Part shown: piece after piece, positions 1 to 11,499 of the stretch
How positions within the stretch are numbered: the stretch's first letter is position 1
How the letters are laid out: every line of letters begins with the position of its first letter
NCBI GenBank assembly: GCA_951406725.2
Contig: OX597819.1
Coordinates: 120,032,001-120,096,000, forward strand
Source: Octopus vulgaris
Lineage: Eukaryota
Direction of reading: 5' to 3'
Length of the DNA: 64,000 bases
Position numbers and translations under genes: made by a program
Notes under the pieces: generated by a model
The model's input: only the letters and a program-made list of their open reading frames with translations
The model's database searches: none
What the model was told of the DNA's origin: nothing

Positions 1-190
1 AACGTTTTTAAATTTTCACCTAATTTCTGAATTACTACTACTCAGTGGTTTGAGTTATGGCTGCTCTATCTAGTGGACGAATGGCCTATTAAGGCCATTC
101 CTAAATTGTTTAATATATATATATATATATATATCCCTTTCAACACACACTCACACACACCCAGACACATATATATTTTTTTTTTATTCA

Positions 191-579
191 TTTATTTGTT
201 TCAATCATGCTGGAGCACCGCCTTTAGTCGAGCAAATCGATCCCAGGACTTATTCTTTGTAAGCGTAGTACTTATTCTATCAGTCTCTTTTTGACGAATC
301 GCTAAGTTACGGGGACATAAACACAGCAGATTCGGTTGGCTAGCGATGTTGGTGGGGGGTAACACAGACACACAAACACACACACACACACACACAAACA
401 CACGCACACATATATATAGATATATACGACGGGATTCTTTCAGTTTACGTCTGCCAAATCCACTTACAAGTCTTCGGTCGGCCCGAGGCTACAATAAAAG
501 ACACTTGCTCAAGGTAGCACGCAGTGGGACTGAACCCGGAACCATGTACTTGGTAAGTAAGCTGCTTACCGCACAGCCA
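191..579 (-). mobile_element. tRNA-derived SINE, family A (CORE-like body, internal TA/CA microsatellite)
   Basis: Reverse complement of the ~400-bp repeat seen about 15 times in the window: A box TGGCTGTGCGG, B box GGGTTCAGTCCC, tail ...ctaaaggcggtgctccagcatg. Confidence 0.9.
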
Positions 580-608
580 TATATATATATATATATACAT
601 ATATATGT

Positions 609-868
609 GTAGATTTGGTAGGCGGAAACTGAAAGAAGCCCGAGGTATATATATGTGTGTTTGTGTGTCTGTGTTTGTCTCCCCAACATCGCTTGGTAAA
701 CGATGGTGGTGTGTTTTAAGTCCCCATAACTTAGCGGTTCGGCACAACAGACAGAATAAGTACTAGGCTTACAAAGAGTAAGTCATGGGGTCGATTTGCT
801 CGACTAAAGGTGGTACTCTAGCATGGCCGGAGTCAAATGACTGAAACAATTAAAAGAATAAAAGAATA
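609..868 (+). mobile_element. SINE family A, 3' two-thirds
   Basis: gatttggtaggcggaaactgaaagaagcc...gtcaaatgactgaaacaattaaaagaataaaagaata; inverted relative to the copy at 191-579. Confidence 0.85.
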
Positions 869-872
869 CATG

Positions 873-1065
873 CAGTAACCCCTCGCCATATCACGATTCG
901 CCTATCGCGGTTTTTTTATTTAAGCTCACATCTATTCCCCCGTGGCGTTGAGCCTTTATATTAAAGTGAATATACAAAAACTATAAAAGTAATTTTTTAA
1001 ATATATACAGTACAGTACTGTTTCTACTTCGGGGATTTTCACACCCAATAGTGCAGGGATTACTG
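873..1065. mobile_element. Tigger/pogo-like MITE
   Basis: Terminal inverted repeats CAGTAACCCCT / AGGGATTACTG, followed by TA; non-coding interior. Confidence 0.55.
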
Positions 1066-1067
1066 TA

Positions 1068-1116
<49 letters not shown>

Positions 1117-1872
1117 TCACATACATTACATACATATATATATATATGTGTGTGTGTGTGTGCGTATAACATATATATTTGAGAAAAAACTGCGATTATG
1201 CAATTCATACAATTGCATAATAGTTTGTTTTTTTTCTCTAATTTATATATTATATATTTATATTGTGAAATTTGATTTAATACTAAATTGAATTTTTCCC
1301 TGTAAGTTTGGAATTATACTCCCTAATAATATTATCATATATATATATATATATATATATATGCAATTATACACATGTATGTTTCTAAAGGTTTATGCGT
1401 GTGTGTGTATACATGCGTATACATATGCAACACAAGTGAATAATCAAGATGAAAACTAATTGAGTTATATTATATTTGATATTTCTGCCCCATATAATCA
1501 CGTGATTTTCAACTAAAAAATATTAATGCATGTTTTTCTTATAAAAACTCTGGGAGAAATATACCAGGGCTAATAACATAGTGTGTTCTCATGTCGTAAA
1601 TATTTGATATCCTTTGGTGGGATTAAATATTCATTTCAGCTAATATATCATAAGGGTTCTTTGATAAATGGGATATTTCTTCTTTGCGTTATTAAAGCAT
1701 AGATTTATGAACGATAATGAGATTAAATCAAAGATCCAAACCCGATCAGATATAATTTTAATAATTTGAAACTACTAGACCTCGTATTCCTTTTTATAAT
1801 CCTATAAAATATTTTGTTCTTTATCCATAAGATTTTACAACTATCGATATAGTCTAGATTCATACGATAAAT

Positions 1873-1875
<3 letters not shown>

Positions 1876-1921
<46 letters not shown>

Positions 1922-2200
1922 GACTATGTATATATATATATATGTATATATATATGTATATTTATATAGATGTATATATATGTATATATATATGTATATA
2001 TATATGTATATATGTATATATATATATATATATATATACATATATACATATATATATACATATATATATACATACATATATAAACATATATATACATCTA
2101 TATAAATATACATATATATATACATATATATATATATACATAGTCATATGTGTAGATGTTTGTGTGTATGTATGCATATATATATATAAATATACATACA
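1876..2200. repeat. Degenerate (TA)n microsatellite with internal fold-back (1916-2151)
   Basis: TA tract; ACATATGACTATG at 1916 is mirrored by CATAGTCATATGT ending at 2151. Confidence 0.85.
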
Positions 2201-2490
2201 CGCATGTCCATACAAATATTCATGCACATATGTATGCATACATATATATAGGCATGCATGTTTGTCTTTGAATATCGAAAAAAAATAATTTATGCACATC
2301 TTAAAATTATAGTAATTTCAATAATGCAATATTGGCGCATTATGAGTGATTTATTATGCAAATATATTCCACCTACATTGGTTTTGTCTTGGCCTATTCT
2401 CGGTAAGTGTAGTTGAAAAGTTCAGAAAGACAGTAACGACATATAATGTAAGACCTACCACATAAGCGTGTGTTTGAGTATGTGTGTATA

Positions 2491-2536
<46 letters not shown>

Positions 2537-2562
2537 CGTGCGTGTTTCTGTGTCCGTCTGAG

Positions 2563-2890
2563 TGTGCATAGCTCAGTGCTAAGAGCATCGGGCTAAGAAT
2601 CATGAGTGAGTGAATTCGATTCCCGGGCCGGTCTGTATGTTGTGTTCTTGAACCAGACACTCTATTTTTACGTTCTTGAAGTTCACTTATCTGCAGAAAT
2701 AAGTTGTGAATGACGCTGGTGCCAAGCTGTATCGGTCTTTGCCTTTCCCTTGAATAACATCGGTGGCGTGGAGAGAGAAGGTCGGTATGCATGGGCGAAT
2801 GCGGGTATTCGATAAAAAAAAACTTGTCCGGACTTGTACCTCGGAGCATAATGACTTTCTAGATGCAATGCCAAGGTCATTCATAACCAA
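2563..2890 (+). mobile_element. tRNA-derived SINE, family C-related (diverged)
   Basis: A box TAGCTCAGTGCTAAG, B box TTCGATTCCC, then tgtgttcttga...acact...acgtt, similar to the copies at 24125-24606. Confidence 0.7.
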
Positions 2891-3417
2891 AACGTGTCAC
2901 TGCCCTAACCCATTTTAAATTTAGATCTAAAAAGTGTAAGGGTAAGAACTCCTATTTTAATAAAATCAAGGGTAAAGATAGCTGTTATAGACGAGTACGC
3001 TGTTCATCGTACTGAGCAAAAGAGAACAGTACGATTTTCATTTTAGAGCTTCATTTAGAGTATCACCATGCAGACTGTATCCAGTATAGTGCCAAGTTTA
3101 CTACTATACTTAGTCGTATCACTGGTTATGATAAACATATTATAATAGGCACCAGTTTCAATCATTCAGTCTCCATGCATTCTACACCCTTGTGGTTACC
3201 GGAAATTGCTGCATTGGTTCTTTCTAATGCAACTGGATGATTAACCAAGACGAAAAGTTAAGGAAACCCTTTGTTGCGATATGCTACAATGGGAAATAGA
3301 AAGTAAGAAAATGGAGATACAAAAAGAGAAAAAAGAGAGAGAAGAAAAGAAAGGGAAAATGGACAAAGACAAAATGCCAAAAAAATGTTATTTAGAAATT
3401 ATATATATATATATATA

Positions 3418-3722
3418 ATGATAAATCTCAGAGCGAGTTATAAACAGCAGCGGTAACACATCGTGACGCATATTTGCCATTTGAATATGGCTAACCCCTA
3501 AGGGTGGATGCTACTGTAGTTTGTAGCCCAAGGAAGATATCTCCTCCGGCTGGCTATAGACACACTATCTGTGCCCTCTCAGTATTTGCGAAGGGAAGTC
3601 ATCCTCCCCGTCCCGTCTTCAACTCATGATACACACGGACTCGAGTTTCACGGTGTTTACCCTATCATCAGCGTGTGACAATCATGGTTGTCGACGAGAA
3701 GTCAGCTCCCTTCATACGTGTA
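3418..3722 (-). mobile_element. Non-coding hammerhead-bearing element (Penelope-like/retrozyme-like)
   Basis: GC-richer island directly after (TA)n; contains the hammerhead core at 3632-3677. Boundaries are approximate. Confidence 0.55.
3632..3677 (-). ncRNA. Minimal type-I hammerhead ribozyme
   Basis: Minus strand CACACG-CUGAUGA-U-AGGGUAAACACCGU-GAAAC-UCGA-GUC-CGUGUG: perfect 6-bp stem I, palindromic stem III ACUCGAGU, GUC cleavage triplet. Confidence 0.8.
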
Positions 3723-3734
3723 TCTGTGTGTCTT

Positions 3735-4874
3735 TTATAACGTTTACCCAACGTTTCTTTATGTTATATATTCTATCTTTAAAAAAAAGATTCATCTTTC
3801 GTTGTAATAAACTGTCCGAATGCTTCAATTACCTCTTCTCTATTGAAAAATGTTATATTGCTTACGAAAACTAAAACTGCTTAAATAAGTGATGATCAGT
3901 AGGAGAGATATCAGAGGAATAGGAAGGATGCAGCAAAATCCCATAATTCAGGCTTTCCAACTTTTGGACCGTGGCTTGGGAAGTGTGAGGACGTGCATTG
4001 CCGTGGAACAAATTGGGCCATTTCTATTCATTAGTCTGGGTTGCTTTTTTTTTCAAATTCTTATGCACACAATGAATTTTCTGTCTATACGATGTTGTTG
4101 TTACCATTTTTCTTTGTTGTAAAAATGAATAATTAATAACTACCCTTGTAGACCACCATATAGTGACTTTTTAGGGTGCAATGGTGGGTTTGGGTAGTGT
4201 TTAGGTGACTCTCCTGTTTCTAATCACTGCCCTGTTCTCCTGCTGTTGTCAAAGAATATACATTTCTCATCACAAGTAATGATTTTATGCAAAAATAGTC
4301 GTTTTCCATTCCAGAAAGCAATAAGGAGCACACTTAGAGGCGTCTATCTTTTTTTAAATCACGTTCAGTTGATGTAGAACAAACCTATCTGTTTTCTTGA
4401 CTTTTCCAATTTTTATAAGGTATCCAAAAACAGTTGTGCTAGATGTTTGGAGTCCTGATGAAAGTTTTCGAACCGTTGTTCTCTGAACTTGGTTCAACCA
4501 AAGCATTTAATCCATCATGTTGAATAACTGATTTTGGCCTAATCCTTGGTTTATTTTCAAGGCTGTCATCTCATGAACGAAAGCTTTGGAGCCATCTCTG
4601 ATCAGTTTTGATGTCAACAAAACCATTACCAAAGGGCCGGCTGGATATTCCGTAGAGCTTCTGCGGCAGAGTGACACAGTTTGTACTCATACAAGAAAAT
4701 CACTCAATACAGTTTCATTATCATTTGCATAAGGTCTGTGTGTACGAATTTTGTTGGGTACCAATATTGTTGGTAAAGAAAAAGAGTCAATGCTAAATGC
4801 AAGTTGCACATAATTGAGTTTTTAAGCGAGTGAAATAACAAGTAATTAACATTGCGATATTTCATGCGAAACAA

Positions 4875-4880
<6 letters not shown>
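3735..4880 (-). mobile_element. Decayed mariner-family DNA transposon
   Basis: Minus-strand translation gives LFHGNARPHTS (cf. HDNARPH) and LLHPSYSSDISPTDHHLF (cf. HPPYSPDLAPSDYHLF), with many stops and frameshifts. Confidence 0.8.
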
Positions 4881-4960
<80 letters not shown>

Positions 4961-5051
4961 TGTATGTACATACATTTATATATATATATATAAAAGAAAA
5001 AGGAGGGAGACTGAATTTTGGATAGTTGTATATTAACGCTGTCGTCCCGTC

Positions 5052-5216
5052 AGGCGTAGGAGTGGCTGTGTGGTAAGTAATTTGCTTACCAGCCACATGG
5101 TTCCGGCTTCAGTCCCACTGCGTGGCACCTTGGGCAAGTGTCTTCTACTATAGCCTCTGGCCGACCAAAGCCTTGTGAGTGGATCTGGTACACGGAAACT
5201 GAAAGAACCCCGTCGT
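5052..5216 (+). mobile_element. SINE family A, 5' half (3' half resumes at about 7145)
   Basis: ggcgtaggagtggctgtgtggtaag...gaaagaaccccgtcg, then (TA)n. Confidence 0.85.
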
Positions 5217-5227
5217 ATATATATATG

Positions 5228-5258
<31 letters not shown>

Positions 5259-5263
5259 TTTTT

Positions 5264-5397
5264 ATTTATTTTATAGAAGGAGCTTCTACAGGACTAGAAC
5301 TGTTTCACATTCAAATGAAATCATCAGGAAGCTTCCTGATGATTTCATTTGAATGAAACAGTTCTAGTCCTGTAGAAGCTCCTTCTATAAAATAAAT
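5264..5397. repeat. Spacerless ~134-bp palindrome containing two head-to-head hammerhead cores
   Basis: Arms are identical except a 2-bp indel, centred on AAGCTT at 5329-5334. Confidence 0.9.
5330..5380 (+). ncRNA. Minimal type-I hammerhead ribozyme (mirror copy on minus strand at 5281-5333)
   Basis: AGCUUC-CUGAUGA-UUUCAUUUGAAU-GAAA-CAG-uucuaguc-CUG-UA-GAAGCU: stem I AGCUUC/GAAGCU, stem III ACAG/CUGU, GUA triplet; stem II is weak. Confidence 0.7.
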
Positions 5398-5436
5398 TAA
5401 TTTACTCTGCAATGTATTGAGTACCTTATTTACTAC

Positions 5437-5503
<67 letters not shown>

Positions 5504-5671
5504 TATAAAATGAGATAGGGGTTGAAAATTCAACCCACCATGGGATAATATATATCCAATATACTGCTAGATAGGTAACAACAAAAATAATACATAGATG
5601 TTAAAAATTGTCAAGCAATCAGTTCATCTATTGTATTAAATGGGTAAAGGTAATAATATTACCGTAAATTA

Positions 5672-6321
5672 ATACTACAAAATTAGAGAATGGAGAAACA
5701 TACTTAAATCAGTAAAACATCAACTATCCGATGATATCAATCCATACTTTAATACACCATTACATATGAGTAAAGGCAATATATAAAATGAAATGAGATA
5801 TACAGTAATAGTAAAAGTAAAAAGATAAAGAGATATAAGTAAAATTTCAAATATAATATGCAAATAAATCAAAACTGACAGCTGTTTCGGCAGTGAGGAC
5901 AGTCATACCTCATTTAACCTATAAGCCATAAAGGCAGGTATAAATGAGGCATTAACAAGGATGCCCCACGGCCTCTTCAGAGAATTAAATTAAATTTGTT
6001 ATAATAGTGAAAAATATTATATAATCATATACATATAAATATAAAAATATAAAAATGTAGAATATAAAAACTTATACATCATAATGCTACACTTATATAA
6101 TATAATACACATTTGTACAAAAAGGAAGGTAAACAGAACAATATAAAACAAAATATATAACAGTGTATATATTAATATTAATAAGTACCGATATTATACA
6201 TATTTGGCTAATAGTTTTTTTTATAAAAAAAGGGCTAACACATATGGAGATGAAAAATAATAATTAAATCCGTGGTACAGTTCATAAAATTCTAAAGCTA
6301 TAAAAGTTAATAAAAATTACT

Positions 6322-6359
<38 letters not shown>

Positions 6360-6405
6360 TAATAATAATAAAAAAATACTAAAAATAGATACATTATTAT
6401 TATTA

Positions 6406-6455
<50 letters not shown>

Positions 6456-7098
6456 AGTAATTTTTATTAACTTTTATAGCTTTAGAATTTTATGAACTGT
6501 ACCACGGATTTAATTATTATTTTTCATCTCCATATGTGTTAGCCCTTTTTTTAAAAAAACTATTAGCCAAATATGTATAATATCGGTACTTATTAATATT
6601 AATATATACACTGTTATATATTTTGTTTTATATTGTTCTGTTTACCTTCCTTTTTGTACAAATGTGTATTATATTATATAAGTGTAGCATTATGATGTAT
6701 AAGTTTTTATATTCTACATTTTTATATTTTTATATTTATATGTATATGATTATATAATATTTTTCACTATTATAACAAATTTAATTTAATTCTCTGAAGA
6801 GGCCGTGGGGCATCCTTGTTAATGCCTCATTTATACCTGCCTTTATGGCTTATAGGTTAAATGAGGTATGACTGTCCTCACTGCCGAAACAGCTGTCAGT
6901 TTTGATTTATTTGCATATTATATTTGAAATTTTACTTATATCTCTTTATCTTTTTACTTTTACTATTACTGTATATCTCATTTCATTTTATATATTGCCT
7001 TTACTCATATGTAATGGTGTATTAAAGTATGGATTGAGTATCATCGGATAGTTGATGTTTTACTGATTTAAGTATGTTTCTCCATTCTCTAATTTTGT

Positions 7099-7103
<5 letters not shown>
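5672..7103. mobile_element. ~1.43-kb fold-back element (two ~700-bp inverted arms) with a hammerhead in each arm
   Basis: 5672-~6370 is the near-exact reverse complement of ~6393-7103; the centre is (AAT)n/(ATT)n with a ~22-bp spacer; no ORF; flanked by (TA)n. Confidence 0.85.
6792..6899 (+). ncRNA. Hammerhead ribozyme with extended, branched stem II (mirror copy on minus strand at 5875-5982)
   Basis: CUGAAGA (6794-6800), GGC.GUGGGG/CUCAC.GCC closing stem II, GAAAC-AGCU-GUC (6886-6897) with palindromic stem III; stem I is short. Confidence 0.7.
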
Positions 7104-7135
<32 letters not shown>

Positions 7136-7144
7136 GTGTGTATA

Positions 7145-7349
7145 TGTTTGTGTGTCTGCGTTTGACAACCGATGGTGGTTTGTTTACGGCCCCGTGAATT
7201 AGCGGTTCGGCAAAAGAGACCTCTAGAATAAGTACTAGCCTTCCAAAGAATAAGTCCTGGGGTCGATTTGCTCGACTACAAGGCTGTAGTACTGCATGGC
7301 CGCAGTCAAATGACTGAAACAATTAAAAGAGTAAAAGAGTAGAGTAAAT
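7145..7349 (+). mobile_element. SINE family A, 3' half
   Basis: ttgacaaccgatggtgg...cagtcaaatgactgaaacaattaaaagagtaaaagagt. Confidence 0.85.
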
Positions 7350-8292
7350 AGTAGAGGGAAACAGACAGACAGAGAGATAGACAAACCTAGTTGGAATCTG
7401 TATCGGTTAATTCATGAGTTATTTGTTACTTTTCTATTAATGGTAGATTGTTACTGGCAAATGATTTGATCCGAGACCATAGAGCGCACATATAAGTGAT
7501 TCAAAATCAGAGAAATAATTCACTTGAACTTTAATCATTTGCTTTCAAAATCTTAGTCGTACTTATTTCGAACGAGTCACTCTACTGCATCTATTGTTAT
7601 TTACGTTTTAGTTACAGAGGGTTAAGGTTTCAAACAGCAATACTGGATAATCATCTCAAAGCAAATATAAGAAATATAACTGCAGAAGGAAAACTCACTA
7701 TCATATTAACAATGAATGTCTGCAGAAGTAGATGGGTGGTAAAAATGATGTAGTAGCTAGCAATAAAAAGAGGACAAAATGCATCAATCTTTGTAAATCT
7801 GATTCAGGAAACATTTTTCGTTTAAGTATAAGAATGAGATATTTAACACACTTTTTTGCTTTAGTATAATAAAGATAATTCTTCTAAACTGTCAAAATAC
7901 ATTTTTGTGTAAAAACAGCAGAGGACGTAACGCATAAATATATAAAATGATAATATATGAGTGGTAGATGAAAACATATGTGTCACAGTATGTGTGAAGC
8001 TTAACATAGAAAAACCTTACAGTTGTGACCTTGCCTGTCAATGTTTTGAACTGAGGAGAAATCCTTTTTTTCCCTTAGTTTTATGCGAAAAGGTTTTTAT
8101 TGTTAAAACTCTCAAACACATTCCAATTACGAATATATTCAGTTTACAACCTGGTCGAACAGCTGAACCCCAGGTCCAGAATAGCGACCTGCCAAATCTA
8201 GCATGCGAAGGAAAGTATCATATTTTCACTTAACACAGCACCTCAAATTCTACATACTCCGATGTATGTATATGTGTGTATGTGTATGCATA

Positions 8293-8347
<55 letters not shown>

Positions 8348-8800
8348 ATGTATATATGTATATGTATATATGTATATGTATATATATGGCACGTATATGT
8401 GTGTTTATCAATTCGTTTTGAAAGATTCCTGATGTGAAATCGTGTATTAAAACAGATATTGTTGTTTTTTTCGGAATGGACACTTTATCTATTTACTTAT
8501 TTATTTATTTATTTATTTTTGCCACGTAAACACGGGCACTATGCTTTTTTTTACTTTCACTCGTTTATTACTGTAATTTTATTATTTTAACGCCTGTCCA
8601 TTGTCCGTAAATCTTTCGTCACGCATCTGTGACCTCTTCAGCGACACTTTCCGTGTGTTTTCTTGCTCCATATATATATACATGACTTACTATGAAGGGA
8701 GTAAGTGGAGCCAAAAAACACACACGGAAAGGAAAAAATATAGTCCATTTGTTTACTTGACAAAAACTGAACAGTAAATAAAATGTCCAACCCGAAATAC

Positions 8801-8834
<34 letters not shown>

Positions 8835-8835
8835 T

Positions 8836-9117
<282 letters not shown>

Positions 9118-9118
<1 letters not shown>

Positions 9119-9408
9119 GGCTGTCCCCTCGTTATCGAGTATGGGCATTGCATGAAACTTAACTGTTACTGGTGCTGTGATCAAATGTGACTTTTTAGCC
9201 CAGCTAAAGATCTACAATGTCTTGTACAGAATTGGCAGCTAAAATCTTTACCGGCAATAGCCGGCTGTAGTTGTAACTGAGCTTCATGTACCTGTGCATG
9301 TCGTTTAAGTCCTCCTGCCGAATTACACTCTCTTCTACATGCCCGACAGATATGATTAGTATGGTGTGTTACACCACTACCAGTGGCCAGGTTGTCACTC
9401 ATCTGCAG
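9118..9408 (-). mobile_element. 3' end of an RTE-type LINE
   Basis: Encodes CRACRRECNSAGGLKRH and [17 protein letters not shown], the C-x2-C-R-x-C-x-S-x2-GL-x2-H motif typical of RTE ORF C-termini; flanked by (TA)n. Confidence 0.65.
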
Positions 9409-9477
9409 ATATATATATATATATATGCACATACATATAGCATATAGAGAGACAAATAATTGGATAGATAAATGTAA

Positions 9478-9526
<49 letters not shown>

Positions 9527-9527
<1 letters not shown>

Positions 9528-9675
9528 TCCCTGTTTATTTCTCTGTTCCATTCTGTCGAAGAGCGTAGGCTCGAAACGTAAAGGAGTTTCTCACTTCCCG
9601 AGCGTTAAACTAATACATCTGTTTGTTGTTTACACAGCCGTCTTCGTCTTTTGTTTGTTTTTATTGTAAACTCTA
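9527..9675 (+). mobile_element. Short TA-associated repeat with a variant hammerhead-like core (related copies 23390-23550 -, 54485-54600 -, partial 27003-27055)
   Basis: ctgtcgaagagcgtaggctcgaaacgtaaa recurs as the reverse complement at ~23470-23490 and ~54511-54545. Confidence 0.6.
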
Positions 9676-10046
9676 TATACATATGTATACATGCAGACTA
9701 ATATCGCTATCGGTATAAATATAACATGAACGTTCAAATATTTATACATTTATGTATACGAATATCTATAACATACACACATATAATGTGTGTGTTTGTG
9801 TGTGCGTTTCTGTGCGCGGGCTTAGTCAGTTTTCAACTAGGCAGAGAGATACAAATAGTTTGATATCAGAACACAATATATGTTTCAGAATATTTTGTAG
9901 AGCTTCATCATGTGCCTTGTGCCTTTGTATACGCCCCACACACAGTATTTTCTAAATCCACCTATTTCTGTGAGTCGCTTTTATCCTTCAAACTCTATAC
10001 TTAATTTCTTAGGCATTTTAATAATTTTTGAAGGTAATCATTTCCA

Positions 10047-10462
10047 TACTCTTTACTCTTTTACTCTGTTATTAGTTTCAGTCATTTGACTGCGGCCATG
10101 TTGGAGCACCGCCTTTAATCGAGCAACTCGACCCCGGGACTTATTCTTTGTAAGCCCAGTACTTATTCTATCGGTCTCTTTTGCCGAACCGCTAAGTAAC
10201 GGGGACATAAACACACCAGCATCGGTTGTCAAGCAATGCTTGGGGGACAAACACAGACACACAAACACACACACACACATATATATATATATAAATACAT
10301 ACGACGGGCTTCTTTCAGTTGCCGTCTACCAAATCCACTCACAAGGCTTTGGTCGGCCCGAGGCTATAGTAGAAGACATTTGCCCAAGGTGCCACGCAGT
10401 GGGACTGAACCCGGAACCATGTGGTTGGTAAACAAGCTACTTACCACACAGCCACTCCTGCG
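10047..10462 (-). mobile_element. SINE family A, full length
   Basis: Complete reverse-complement copy including the tRNA-like head and (TACTCTTT)n tail. Confidence 0.92.
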
Positions 10463-10702
10463 TTATATATGTATAAGCTTTCCGATATAAACTTGCAGTT
10501 CATTTTAGAAGCTCGGGGGAAGCTATGACGTAATGCACAAGTACTCAACTCTGAGTGCATTACATCTTATAGTAGAAACAGCTGCAAGCTGATGCAGTTC
10601 ATTGCATAAATTGCTCTTCGTTTGTTATCATGCAACTTGCATACAGACACATATACATATATAAATATATATATGTGTATGTATATACTTAAACGCACGC
10701 GC

Positions 10703-10749
<47 letters not shown>

Positions 10750-10894
10750 TACATGATATTAATATTATTGTATAGGGTTAAAGCTTAGAAGTGATTACCG
10801 TGTAGTGACGAATGAAAACAGTCATATAATAGGGCACATAAGCCCTAGACGAAAAAAATGGGGTTTTCGTACGGATGGGACTCGAATCCATTAA

Positions 10895-10956
<62 letters not shown>

Positions 10957-11042
10957 CTTACAGCATTGTAAAAAGCGACACCATTTACCAAATCATCACA
11001 GAAATATATTCCTATATATATATTCCAAAGAAATGACCAAAC

Positions 11043-11434
11043 AGGCGCAGGAGTGGCTGTGTGGTAAGTAGCTTGTTAACCAACCACATGGTTCCGGGTT
11101 CAGTCCCACTGCGTGGCATCTTGGGCAAGTGTCTTCTGCTATAGCCCCGGGCCGACCAATGCCTTGTGAGTGGATTTGGTAGACGGAAACTGATAGAAGC
11201 CTGTCGTATATATGTATATATATATGTGTGTATTTGTGTGTCTGTATTAATCCCCATAGCATTGCTTGACAACCGATGCTGGTGTGTTTACGTCTCCGTC
11301 ACCTAGCGGTTCGGCAAAAGAGATCGATAGAATAAGTACTGGGCTTACAAAGAATAAGTCCCGGGGTCGATTTGCTCGACTAAAGGCGGTGCTCCAGCAT
11401 GGCCGCAGTCAAATGACTGAAACATATAAAAGAG
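11043..11434 (+). mobile_element. SINE family A, full length
   Basis: ggcgcaggagtggctgtgtggtaag...ggcggtgctccagcatggccgcagtcaaatgactgaaac. Confidence 0.92.
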
Positions 11435-11499
11435 TTGAACAGAAAATATCAAGAGGGGAATGAAATGGAAGGCCTATGTTTTGACAAAGTTACGTACAC

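Noticed and set aside
7961-8233. IEKPYSCDLACQCF resembling a C2H2 zinc-finger linker
   Set aside because: A single partial motif with no His pair, wrong Cys spacing and no array.
9181-9432. Two C2H2-like fingers as a host zinc-finger gene
   Set aside because: The motif matches RTE LINE C-termini and the fragment is bounded by TA tracts.
10236-10490. Recurrent peptide RLPNPLTR.WSARGYSRRHLPK.PRSGTEPGTMWLV (also at 346, 11012, 17702, 38504, 54017)
   Set aside because: It is the antisense translation of SINE A; recurrence reflects the repeat, not a protein family.
10522-10590. GTAATGCAC/GTGCATTAC hairpin followed by GAAACAGCTG as another hammerhead
   Set aside because: CUGANGA is incomplete (CTATGA), the spacing to GAAA is wrong and there is no UH triplet; at best a decayed relic.
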